Assembly (NCBI GenBank): GCA_946965045.2 | Contig: OX337238.1 | Coordinates: 248,001 to 312,000 of the forward strand | Length of the DNA stretch: 64,000 nucleotides | Origin: Epithemia pelagica | Taxonomy: Eukaryota > Protista > Bacillariophyta | Reading direction: 5' to 3' | Shown: one piece after another, positions 45,979 through 57,099 of the stretch | Layout of the letters: every line of letters begins with the position of its first letter | Position numbering within the stretch: the first letter of the stretch is position 1 | Translations under genes and position numbers: made by a program | The notes under the pieces: generated by a model | The model's input: only the letters and a program-made list of their open reading frames with translations | The model's database searches: none | What the model was told of the DNA's origin: nothing

Positions 45979-46604
45979 GGGAACATATGAGAGAGAGAAA
46001 AAAAAGCGCACTCAATTGTAACCACAGCGTATGGGAGAGGTCGCTGAAAATTTGTTGAGAATATGCAAAAAGTGAGGAAAGAATGGAGAATAAAAAATGA
46101 GCGAAACTTGTGCCAAGAATACATAGAAATTTTCAAAAAAGAGACACGAACCGATGTTATGTGAAAATAAGATTGACTGGTGTGTAGGCAAGACTAAATC
46201 TATAATAGACGGCTCGGTTTCCGGTTTACTCCGTTATATGCGCGCATGTCGTCGACAGAGTAGGCACGCTCGAAAGGTGTCTATATGGAAAACGAATTTG
46301 TCCCATATTTGAAAAATATTTGATTGGTAAGGTTTCTTAGAGGTAGGACATGAAGTTGTAAAGAAGAGTATTATCGGAACTCTAACAAGAAATCAGAAGA
46401 GGGTGTTGTATCGAAAGGTAAAATACGATATGTTCAGTCATATTTGTTTGACATTGACCTAAGTAAATTTGTATGAATTTTAAATATAGGCAGGGAATAA
46501 ATAAAGGAATATGGATGGTACGTTGGCATGTTATGTGTATTTAGAGGGTTTCAAATTCAAAAAGGAGAGCCGACGTGCTGAGACGCTGCATGTAAGCGCT
46601 TTTT

Positions 46605-47480
46605 TTGGGAATGGAGAAAGAGAGGTGGGAGAAAGAGATGCGTACTATAATACATTCTCACAACTTATTATTTTTGTGCTGTGAATCTTTGGATCATCTC
46701 TCTCGTCTCTCTGATGTCTCTCATCGTTCGAATGCCTGCGAAATGAAGACAAGTCCATATACTTATTTCCTATCGAACACAACAGTCCCAGAAACGGTGC
46801 CAAACAATGTTATCTATTTTGTCATTGGTTTGGACTATCGGAAAAGATTTTACAAGGGGATGATGGTGAAGGTGTTGGAGTCAATTGGTGAGACTGTTAA
46901 GAAGTCAGATTTCGTGGAAGAGCATGATGACGAGATGAAGTGTTTCGGGTATCCTACTTATAAGGTCAAGCAGAAGAAGTCAAGGGAGGGTTTGGTGCTG
47001 GCTCAGCGTTATTTTTACAATCTGGGGTATAGGCCCCATACACAAGATCCATTCGTGCAGATCTATGACTTGTGGAGGATGAGAAGTCTGTATTTGATTG
47101 TGATTGAAGGAAAGGTGGTTTCGAAATTGCATCACCTTCATGAGCACATTTTCTTCTACAACGAAACGGATAATATTTTGACTGTGCAAAAATGTAACAA
47201 CGAGATCAAAGGATACCCACCTGAGGCTTTGAGAGTGATGGACATATCAGTGGAACGGCCACATATGGCGGTAACAGTATATGGCGTGGACGACGATGGG
47301 GAATATGATAGCAATTTTTGCGCTATGTATACCTTGAATCCAAATGCGGCGGGTATGAATAATAAGAAAAAGACAAGAGGATCGAAGAGCAGTATCACGT
47401 CATCGTCATCCGTTGTTTCGAATGATAATAAGAATGATGACGATGATCATATTGAGGACGACGAGGAAGAAAAAAAATAG
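46605..47480 (+). CDS. Hypothetical transposon-borne protein with acidic tail
   Basis: Open frame of 291 codons (likely ATG ~46742) with globular-looking composition, ending just before the right subterminal repeats. No family recognised. Confidence 0.55.
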   Translation: MGMEKERWEKEMRTIIHSHNLLFLCCESLDHLSRLSDVSHRSNACEMKTSPYTYFLSNTTVPETVPNNVIYFVIGLDYRKRFYKGMMVKVLESIGETVKKSDFVEEHDDEMKCFGYPTYKVKQKKSREGLVLAQRYFYNLGYRPHTQDPFVQIYDLWRMRSLYLIVIEGKVVSKLHHLHEHIFFYNETDNILTVQKCNNEIKGYPPEALRVMDISVERPHMAVTVYGVDDDGEYDSNFCAMYTLNPNAAGMNNKKKTRGSKSSITSSSSVVSNDNKNDDDDHIEDDEEEKK

Positions 47481-47726
47481 TGTTACTCAGTTGTTGCGAA
47501 GTAGAAAAGTTTTATGCAGTAAATTTGAACCAAATAAAGATTTATGCAGTTCAATTGGACAAATAACATATTAGACAGTAGACCGTACAACAATTAACTC
47601 TTATTCAGTTAGATTTTTTGAATAAAATCAATGATTCGGAATCGGATCTTAAACAGTTGAAATAATACTGTTTAAATAATATTTAGTTGAGGAATCCGTT
47701 ATTCAGTCAGAAATTGACTTGCAGTG
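47480..47726. repeat. Right subterminal repeats and TIR
   Basis: ttactcagtt ~47483, ttattcagtt ~47601, ttattcagtc ~47699, then ATTGACTTGCAGTG. Confidence 0.8.
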
Positions 47727-48869
47727 AAAAACATAAATTGAAACCGCCAAGGCGGTATAGGACGGCTGAGTTCAGTATCCGTATTCAGGAGCCGTAGTTT
47801 TCTCTACATGATGGGTAGCGGCCATAGGTCTACTATTAAGGAGTACGAGTGAATTAAAGAGACGTGTTTCTGGTGGATGCTTGGAGGGCCTGAAATGAAC
47901 ATGAAACTGTTATCACTAAGCAGACATTCCGCTGCAGTTGTCTGCTTCCAACGGTTTTTTTTAAGTAAGAGACCTTCATTTCATAAACCCGTCTTGTTGT
48001 TCAAAAACTGACAATGAGGATGGAACAGGAACTGGATTGGAATGTTGACGAACATGATGAGCGTGATGATAGTTTCCCTTTTTTGCCACTCGGATCCAAA
48101 AATGACCCAAGATATACACCCAGACCAGGACTGGTTTGCTGATGTTGATGGTACTTATGGCCACATGCGTTCGAGAAAGGGAGAATTTTGAACCAGACGG
48201 GAAAGTGGAATCAGAAAGGGAACTGGTTTGATTATTACATGTCTTTCTCATCTTATTCTGTCTAGTTGATCGTAGTTGATTGTTGCTTTCCTTCTCCATT
48301 TTGCTGTCGTTCATATTACTGCTGCTGTGGGAGGATCGTCGGTCGAGGTTATCGTGGTGGGGGGTTGGTTTCCATGTGCGCTGCTCGCTTTCACAGTAGA
48401 AAGTCTAGACTAGTAGCTTGTTTGTGCATCGTCGTACTCGTATAGTCATTTCTCTTGGTCTTGTTGCTCCTCCTTGTCGTTGCTAGTTGTGGTTGTCGCT
48501 GCTCGTCAAAGAGGTTGATTCATGGGTCTGTCGTTCCTCCATCCTCATCTCTTGTTGTCAGCTTTTGATTGTTGCGTTTGGGTTGCGTTGGGTGTTGTCG
48601 TCGTTCGGCCGAAACTAGGAGTGGATTGTTGCGTTTGGGTGCTGTTGTCGCTGGTATGCTGCTCTTTTGGATAGCTTGCGTCTGGTTGTCAATTGTTGAG
48701 TGTGGTGTTGGTGTTGATGTTGTTTCGTTCGGCCGAAATGAGAAGTGGATTGTTGAGTATGATGATGTTGTTGTTGTTGTTGTTGTTGTTGTCGGTGTCG
48801 CCGCTTGTTTCCGATTTGCCTCGTATGATTGTTGCATTCGTAGTCATTTCGATTCGGTACTCCATCTGG

Positions 48870-49566
48870 TGTCGTTTCTTGAAGACCCGGACGCTGTATG
48901 GGACGATGAGGAGTTCGCCCGCCGAATGTACGCTGCCATGAACCCGGGCCCTGTTGGGTATGGTCCATTGGAATTCGACCAATCGACTCAATCCGCAATA
49001 CGTCACCTGGCAAATGCATTGCAAAACCATCCTTTTTTACATTCCCTTACATGGGGTAATGGGCCCGAACATGTGTCACAAGCGGTGGCTTTGGCGCTGT
49101 TGGCCGCACTCCCTCACAATAAAACGATCAAGAAACTGGACCTGAGTCATACTCCAAGAGGATTTCAGACCACACTGCCGGAGCTGCTGGAGGGAGCGCA
49201 GCACGTGGAAGAACTTTTGCTCCCTTGGCCAACATGGATACCGCGCGAGTGAACATGGTCGCATTATGGGTTCACAAAACTCTGAGTGTTACAGGAATCG
49301 GAAAGCGCCGAGTGAAATCTCTTTTGGAGAGAGATTCTCCCTTGTCCATGCAGTACTTTCTGATCCAAATGGCCCTGTTACGGAACATGCATGTGAGACT
49401 TGCCAAAAACACAACGTTCTTGCATGGCGATATACCCCTCGTTGTATGGGCACGAATGTTGGCCGCGCTTGGATCAAATGTTAAAGAGGGTACTCCAGTC
49501 TTTTGGTTTCTAAAGAATCACGTGCTCTCCCCACCTTCGTTGAACAAGACCGCATTGGAAGCTTAG
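48870..49566 (+). pseudogene. RNI-like LRR protein remnant
   Basis: ALQNHPFLHSL..ALPHNKTIKKLDLS..HVEELLL continues in another frame to ...LVVWARMLAAL..TPVFWFLKN, a typical C-terminus of this family. The frame break is near 49230-49250 and no clear start was found. Confidence 0.55.
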
Positions 49567-50096
49567 ACTGGCTAGACAGACATGCTGTATGGGCAGATTC
49601 ACGTGACGCGTTCTCAATGTCGTTCAGTCTCCTATCAGGAAAAGGACTCTGAAAAGATAGCCAGCATTATAGACATAATTCTTTTGTACTTCGCCAAAAA
49701 AACCTTTGTAGCTGAGAAGCTCCGTTCGAGTGGATCTGTTGTTGATTGTGGTTTTGTGGTTCTATCCATCCCCGAGGATGAACAGCTTGGATTCGGCGTC
49801 GTGTTGGTGGCGGTGATGGTGACACACAGTTGTTTGCCGGTGGCGGCGGCTGCTCGTTTGGTGTTGGAGAAGTGGAATTGCTATCGTCGTCCTCTTCCCT
49901 GGATCGTTTCCATACCATGTCCAGTTCCCCTTTGGTACTACTACCCCTTTTCCTTGTTTGCTGTTGCGGCGGCCGACTGTTCGTCATGGTGTATTTCATG
50001 GGGATGGCACTTAGCGATTTTGGAGCGACTGACTGTGAGAGTGGAGCGGGGAGCTCGTAACGTCATTCAACGTCAAATTACAGGCTTCGACACAAA

Positions 50097-51503
50097 AACC
50101 CTCGGTATCAGTGTCCACTGCTTAGCTGTTTTTTGTCTGTGCCAGCTTCATAGGTTCCCAAGTGGACACAGACAGAAAATTTCACTTTTCGTCTGTCCTT
50201 TTCACCAATATAGTTCCTCGTGCTGGTGGAAATGCCGGCGTGCAAGTGACAGTTGGCGGTTAGCATCTTCCTGTGACCGTGACCACGATTCAAATTTGGA
50301 ATCCTTTCACACGACTCTCGTCTCGTCACAAAAATCTCACGCGGTGTCAAAAGCATCGACATTCGACATTGACCATGAAGCGAGCTCTTTATGAATCCTT
50401 GCGACCTGAAGCAGTATTTTGGTTGGTTTTTCTCTCTTGTTGCTTGTTGTTTGTCTCTTAGCTTCTTTCATGTCCTGCGTAGTTTTCTCACACGTTATCT
50501 CATTAATCTTTGTCCCTGTTAATGATGATGGGTGGTGCTCCTTTGATTTGTCGCAATCAAACGGAGGACAAGTCATTGTAGGCCGTTTGCCACAACTTTT
50601 CCTTGCTCTAATCGTAGTGCTCCTTGATTGTTGGTTGTGTTCTTATCTTTGTAGCATGGTTTTTTACTCTCATCATTGTGCTTCGCCTAGTCCATCTCCA
50701 TGTTGATCACAGATCAAGAACCTTTCTTTGTGTGTCGGATACTCAAGTACATAGACCTCGAGATGACAACAAACTAAGGCAGCTTGTTGCCACTAGGCCT
50801 ACTCAAACTAGTCTTCGTAGATCACAGAGTCGATCAGTTGCTTCAAGATGGCCCCAAACCTTCACCAGAGTGTCATGGTGGTTGAAAGCACGGCAATAAC
50901 ACGCACGATCTTACAAAATCAATGAAAGATTAGAAATAAACTTCTGATAGAAACTCCTAGGAGTAGTATACAAAGAAAGAAGCTCTATGTGGTCTCCAAT
51001 TTTAAGCCGAGGCTCGAATGGAGAATTGACATTCCATAGGCACAAACATTCACTCTCAATGAAGTGGACAGAGAGAGAGAGAGAGTTCTCGAATGTTGAA
51101 TATCAGAAGAGAAAAACGAATACAAGTGTGAGGGAGAAGTTAGAATGACAGTTCAAGAGCTGTTGTTGTCATGGAGACATTTTTGTACGTTCAAACTTAC
51201 CTCAACTGCATGAAAGGCGACAATTCATGCCATGCCATTGTGGGTGATGGCCTCTGTGTGATTTTATGGGGGATTTGGAATTTGGATGGCGCATTCTGCA
51301 ACCGTCATCCACGCAGGGCCGCTTGCTGGGCATGCGTCAGTTTCATGAACTGCGAAAACTCCAGCTGGGTATGCGTGCCAATTTGCAATTTAGTCATTTC
51401 CATTTGCGTCAAAAAGGAAATTTTCTGTCTGTGTCCACTTGGGAACCTATGAAGGTGGCACTGACAAAAAACAGCTAAGCAGTGGACACTGATACCGAGG
51501 GTT
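50097..51503. mobile_element. Non-autonomous DNA transposon/MITE-like element with 87-bp TIRs
   Basis: 50097-50183 and 51417-51503 are reverse complements with 2 mismatches, and the ends read (AA)CCCT...AGGG(TT). No long internal ORF. Confidence 0.85.
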
Positions 51504-52149
51504 AGTGGTCATAGATCGATGGTTGGGAGTCGTACATTAATATAATGGATACGTCAAGGGTGAGACCTTACTCGCAAATTACGCGGTTGGAGGTGCACCT
51601 CCAAATCATACCGTGACCGACCATTAAAGTATCCATTGCTATATCATTGGCATATATATTTAACCGTTCCATCAACCGCCATGTTTGCTCAATTGTACTT
51701 TTTACTCTAGTGTCCGTCCGTTTTCGGTACAGCTGGTCTTTCTGGAAATTCCCACCCCAGACCCCAAGCCTTACGGCCCACCCGTCCCGTTCATACTGAA
51801 CTCAGACGAATTTCCAAAATCTAAATTCCAAATGCTAGCAAGATGTGGCTCGCTCGATCTATATGGCTTGATTGTATTAAGCCTCTCCATTCACTCACCT
51901 ATTCTTTCTTCGCAGGCCGACTCGAGCTACAATATTCGCGCACGGTCACACAACTACTATCGACATCGACGGGGTTCCCCACAAACTATAGTTCGGTATA
52001 GCTGGAGTTGGAGGGCACTACTCCTACGATTTTGGAATGTTCCTCTTCCTTCTACCTAGATCCATGATGTAGAATTCATGAAGCGGTGAAACAAAAAGGA
52101 AAGCATTATTCATCATCAACTAGAGGTACACGTGGGATGTTTGGTGATT

Positions 52150-52940
52150 TTAGCACTCGCAGTCACAAATGCCGTGGTCGCCATCCTTGGTGCAGGTGAT
52201 TGCCTGGTGGGTGAAGCTGCCGATACCGGAAAAATCACCACTGGTGTGCAAACCGATATAACTTTCAATGTCGCCGAACGTGAAAACCTCTCCATTGATT
52301 ACGCGCGGGGGGGGGGGGGGGGGGGGCATTTCCACAGAACGTACCTTTTTGGAGAACCAGCTTCAAAGTTGAATCTTCAGAGACACCAATGCCAGCCTCC
52401 ACATCCACAAATTTCGCCGTGGAAACGCCATCTTCAAATAACTGAATCCCCCAAAAGTCATTGTTATTAGCAGTGACATTAAAAACAAACAAGTTTGACA
52501 CGATTCCATCCCGCACTTCAATGCCATGGCAGCCATTAAAGAATTCTAAGAGACGATATGGCCCCGCGAGAGAGGCCGTACGCCTCAAGACCATTGCAAT
52601 AGTTGTTGTTCGAGTTCACATTCTCAAGTACACTGTTAAAAGACAGCATATGGATTCCAAAATCGAAACCGGAAATTTCGTACAGTTTCATTGTCGCCCG
52701 TTAGTGCCAGACCATACCCACAACTTGACTTGCACTTTCTTCAATTTTGTGACCTGGACAATCCAACGTTATGCGTGAGGCGGAAATCGTAATCGCACCG
52801 TCACTACGTTTCTCAGTAGGGCATCTCATCTCGTCTTTCAGTATGACAAGTGAGTCATCATAACCATTGGCACTGCTCAGGTCAATCAGGCAGTCATTTT
52901 GCCCAAGGGCTTTGACCGTCGTGTCGGCATCGCAGGGAGG
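52150..52940 (-). pseudogene. Secreted beta-helix protein family, degenerate copy
   Basis: SCDADTTVKALGQNDCLIDLSSANGYDD..., STAKFVDVEA, ICDCEC* in several frames. No 5' end. Poly-C/G run at ~52307-52326. Confidence 0.85.
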
Positions 52941-52957
52941 TTCTTACTATTCTAGTA

Positions 52958-54402
52958 TTACCCACATAATGTGACACCATGTTTGTGTTCAAGAGTCTCG
53001 ACTTTTTTGTGAAACAACGCCACGGCCTGTTGGTACAAGTGTTGGTCCACCGCCGTCAATTCGTGAATCAAGCGGCGTTCCTGTAGCGTGAGATTGTAGG
53101 TCGTTCCATGCTGTACGACGCCATGTGCGTACGTGGGCAGTTCCCGTCGTTCTTGTTTTTGCTGGCCCCGAGTACAATCGCAAACGGCAGGGACATGGTC
53201 CAAAGCGATGGTCAAAAAGACACAACTGCTCGTTTCAAACCGGGACAAGATTCCAATGGCTTGAAACCTGGCCTCGAGTTGTTGTTTGATTGTTTGCGAG
53301 GAGTTGGCGGAGGAGGAACCAATTCCCGTGACCCAGCTCTGGAAATTAATGGGCACATAGCACGAGAATTTGCCGTCCCTCCATCGAAGATAGGGATCCT
53401 GAACTGGATTCAGGACCGCATGACTGTGGAAAGGCTCTTGTTGCTCCAGTGATAATAAAAGGGTTTTCCATTCCATCAACCACTCGAGCAAGGTTTCAGG
53501 CATTTGTTCACTGTTGGGTCGACGTTGAATTTGGCAATGAAAGAATTGCGAAATGACATGGGCCGTTGGTTCTCGAACCATGGTAAAGGATGGTGGTACC
53601 TCATCCATGAGCAGTTGATTGAAAAAGAGTCCTTCCGTGGCAAAGAGTTGTTTGCGTGGATAGTCCTGTTGCCAGTTCCGAAACTGGCTCGGAGGGTGAT
53701 CCAAACCCAACCCAAAATCTTGAAAGGGGACGCCATTGTGTCGCAAGGTTTTCAACATGGAGATTCCACCCGTCTGTGTACATATATATAGTCCCATGGA
53801 ACCATTAGTATTAGATTGTCAACAGTCGCTCCAATTAATGGATAATAGATGGTCCTACCTTGGGTATATGCAGATACTGCCGCAGCGACAAAACGAAAAG
53901 GAAGCACAAATTGAGACCTTTGTTTGGATTCTTTCGAAAGCACTATAGTGTCGTACAACGTACGTACGTAATAACGTTTCGTGGTGGCGTTCAGGATAGG
54001 ATTCAGGGGACGGGTGGCAGGAAACATTTGTTGTCGTCGTCGTCGTCTCTTTGTTTGTCCTTGTCTCTGGGCCGAGCGGACCAAGGATGTGGAGCTTTGT
54101 GACGATTCGGATCGACCCTGGAGATAGGAATCATTCGGTCCACGGAACGTATCTGGGAAGGAATGCTGTCGTTTGGAATTTGTAGTGTTGGATGGTTCGT
54201 GGACCATGGGGACGATCGAAACCACTGGACCATTGTTGTCGTCATTGGCGGCAACCATCACAAGGACATGCGAATGGTAGCAATTCCGGATCGCAACGAG
54301 GCTGCTGGCCACAAGCAAAGCCACAATGAAACATTCATTGGACAAGGAGAACCGGAAGGGTCTCCACCACGGTGATTTCCATACTGGTAGTTTGTTCCTC
54401 AT
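52958..54402 (-). CDS. Type II membrane sulfotransferase-like protein (exons 54402-53968, 53876-53859, 53773-52958)
   Basis: N-terminal TM segment (CFIVALLVASSLVAI). Splicing gives KRYY|YLHIPK|TGGISM (5'-PSB motif); TMVREPTAHVISQF is the 3'-PB motif; TAVDQHLY. Confidence 0.85.
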
Positions 54403-54629
54403 GGTGAAGAATCAACTCTCTCCATTTCCATCATGGGGCTCTTGGCACGTCTTTTGGTCTTGGCGGAGTCGCTTGTGTGGAAAGCGCGCGCGCCCTCTGT
54501 TCGCCTTGCGCGTACACAATACTCTGTCAGCTACCCGGCGCACTTTTCTCACTCGGAACTCAGAACTCGGAACTCGGAACCTCTCTACTGGCTTGAGATA
54601 TGACGGCTTAGACCACAGTTGAATGGTGG

Positions 54630-55250
54630 TTACCGGATACCGGATGACCACCAACCCATCAGTGCAACAGACTGGACTGTCAAGGTGACGGTTTCATGCG
54701 GTCAAAGGGGGTTCAGAACGAGAGAACAAAAGGTCGAGCGTTCCAAACTGTCGCGACTCCACATATACACGTGCGTCGCGTAAAGTGACATCCAATCGAA
54801 TGACTGACAAACATCAAATGTGAAGCCGTTGGTTTTCCCAACCACCACATGATTCAATGTTGACGATTCGAATTCTTGTACAATGACATTGAAAAAAGCA
54901 CACGTTTGCCCGAATTGACCATTGGCCGTCCTGGGCAAGGAGGGATTCTGTTTGGCTCCACGATTTTTATTGGTGATGGTGTCCCCCTTTATGTTCGGCG
55001 TCATCAAAACTTGCGCCTTGTCCGGATCCAAGAAATGGACCGCCTTGGTCGCACCTCGAAAGGCGTTAGCCGGTCCCAAGGCTACTAGAAATTGACACAA
55101 AAAGGGAGGATACCATTCGATAAAACCAGGATTGCCCGGAACAAATACCACGACGTTTGTGAATCGGAACCGTTGAACCCCTATCCTTTTTCTTTGGGGG
55201 TGGATAACACGCGACCCTACTACTGTTGACGCCTCAAGACACTCAAACAT
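54630..55250 (-). pseudogene. Degenerate partial copy of lipid-droplet-associated hydrolase
   Basis: VVVFVPGNPGFIEWYPPFLCQFLVALGP...CQSFDWMSLYAT shows similarity and frameshifts relative to 58564-59904. Confidence 0.8.
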
Positions 55251-55320
55251 CTTGCTGGCATAAAGATTTGTTCATCACATTCGCTAGATACTTGGGGTGT
55301 TTTGTCTTTGGTAGAGTATT

Positions 55321-56232
55321 TTAGCACTGACAGCTACAAATGCCATCCTCTTTCTGGGGACTTGTCAAGTCGCAGGTCATGGCCTGAGCGGTAAAGTTTA
55401 CAAAAACTCTTTTGAAAATTGCAATGTCGTGAGAGCGGCTTCCACAGAGTGTTGAGCTATGGAGCACCAGCTCCATTCGTGGATTCACGGCGTTAGTAAT
55501 AAGACCTCTACCTCTTCTCCCATTGTTTCGGGCTTCCACATCCACGAATTTCGCCGTTGAAAACTGATTCAAGAAAAACCCGTTTTCTTCATTGTTATTT
55601 GCAGTGACATTAAAAAGAAACATTGTTTCCACGAGGAATTTTGTCACATCCCTCGTTCGTTCCCTCAAGTACATGCCATTGGCGCCATTATTGTCAAAAT
55701 TGGAAGAGAGAATTGTAAGAGACGATACAATATCCAAATCAAAGTCCCTCCGAAGACCATCTCTTAAGTTGTTGATCGACTTTACGTTCTGCAGTACAAT
55801 ACTGTTCGAGGAGCGCACCAGGATTCCATCATCAAAACCGGAAATTTCACAGTTTCGTACAACAATATTGTCGCCCTCTAGAACAAGACCAAACCCGCTT
55901 TGAAACCGCGTTTCTTCAATCTTGTGGCCTTGACAATCCAACGTTACGCGTGAGGCGGTAATACGGATCGCATGGTCAAACTCCGGAGTAGGGCATCTCA
56001 AATCCTCTTCAAGTATTACAAGAGAGTCATCATAACCATTGGCACTGCTCAGGTCAATCAGGCAGTCACGAAACCCAATGGTTTTGGCCGTCGATTCCGC
56101 CAGGTTTCGACCTTTTGTTTCAATGCTGTTGTTGGTACTCGTCGTGTTGGATCCTCTCAAAAGTCCATGGGCTGAGGGCAAAGAGAGAGACACCAAAGCA
56201 ACGGCAGTACTAAGAAACTTGTGCGTGAACAT
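55321..56232 (-). CDS. Secreted right-handed parallel beta-helix (pectin-lyase-like/NosD-like) protein
   Basis: Signal peptide. ITASRVTLDCQGHKI, GLVLEGDNIVVRNCEISGFDDGI and Asn-ladder repeats (NVTANNNEENG). Ends ICSCQC. Confidence 0.82.
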   Translation of the reverse strand: MFTHKFLSTAVALVSLSLPSAHGLLRGSNTTSTNNSIETKGRNLAESTAKTIGFRDCLIDLSSANGYDDSLVILEEDLRCPTPEFDHAIRITASRVTLDCQGHKIEETRFQSGFGLVLEGDNIVVRNCEISGFDDGILVRSSNSIVLQNVKSINNLRDGLRRDFDLDIVSSLTILSSNFDNNGANGMYLRERTRDVTKFLVETMFLFNVTANNNEENGFFLNQFSTAKFVDVEARNNGRRGRGLITNAVNPRMELVLHSSTLCGSRSHDIAIFKRVFVNFTAQAMTCDLTSPQKEDGICSCQC

Positions 56233-56699
56233 GTTGTTTGTTGACTATTGGTTTGGGTCCGAATGAATTTTGTGCCAACAACGAAGAAGTCTTCAAAAAG
56301 TTCACTCGTAACAAAAGGTTCTGCTCGACCCGTAGCAAAATTTGCAACGCGCTGTTCTACTAGAGAGGATGCGTACCAAATTTTGCTACGCATTGAAATA
56401 GATAGCGAGTCGCTTAGATTGCGGGGACTTCTGTGAGGGACTGGTCGCACATTGCACACATGCAAAACTTAGTGTTCCCGGCGGGGGCCGCTGTCTTTGG
56501 GTCACACAACAGGTTAGGGTTTTTTATTCTTTGAAATCTTGGCATTCTTGGACATGCCATATCATCCATTGAAAGTTGGAAACCAGCAACTCATAAACGT
56601 GTTGGCTAAATATCAACCTTTCCGTTTTTGCTGCGTGTCGCTATCTCACGTACTCCGTCCCTCTATACACGCCTCACTGGAGATACTCCCTTTCGAGGG

Positions 56700-56870
56700 T
56701 TAGTCCACTGGTGCTGGAAAGGCTTGACACAAGACAAGTTTGGACCAGTTGAATGGTCGTTTCCGGATGACCACCAGTCCAATGCAACAAACTGGACTGT
56801 CAGGGCGGTGGGTTTATGCGGGTAAGGGTAAGGGGGTTACTGAGAACGAAAGACGGTTTTATAAATCTCA
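56700..56870 (-). pseudogene. Third, highly degenerate LDAH fragment
   Basis: tccggatgaccaccagtccaatgcaacaaactggactgtc...gggggttactgagaac matches 54640-54725 and 59211-59310. Confidence 0.65.
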
Positions 56871-57099
56871 ATCATAAAGCGCAACTCTGCCGGGAGGTCT
56901 GCAGACGTCGCAAAAGATTAGGATGTGCGACCGGCCCTGCTCCGAATCCCCCCCGCAATAGCCCGCAACCCATTTGCTCCTATGCGACTGGCGACTGGCC
57001 ACACGTAGCAAAATCAATAAGTGTTTGCTACGCGAGCACAGATTCTTCTCAAATTGGGGCAAACCGACCCAAAACCCAAACCAAAAGTCAACAAAGAAC

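Larger units (their letters stand above)
37832..47726. mobile_element. CACTG-type CMC/EnSpm-like DNA transposon (9,895 bp)
   Basis: The left end CACTGCAAGTCAAT (37832-37845) is the exact reverse complement of ATTGACTTGCAGTG (47713-47726), and imperfect similarity extends to ~29 bp. Both flanks are AA. Subterminal A(C/T)TCAGT repeats, an AT-richer interior and a DDE transposase are inside. Confidence 0.9.

Noticed and set aside
47743-47756. ACCGCC-AA-GGCGGT hairpin as a Helitron 3' end
   Set aside because: Not followed by CTRR at the expected spacing, and no Helitron 5' TC or Rep/helicase is seen.
47976-48314. 112-aa minus-strand ORF
   Set aside because: Short, with no motif or continuation; cannot be supported as a gene.
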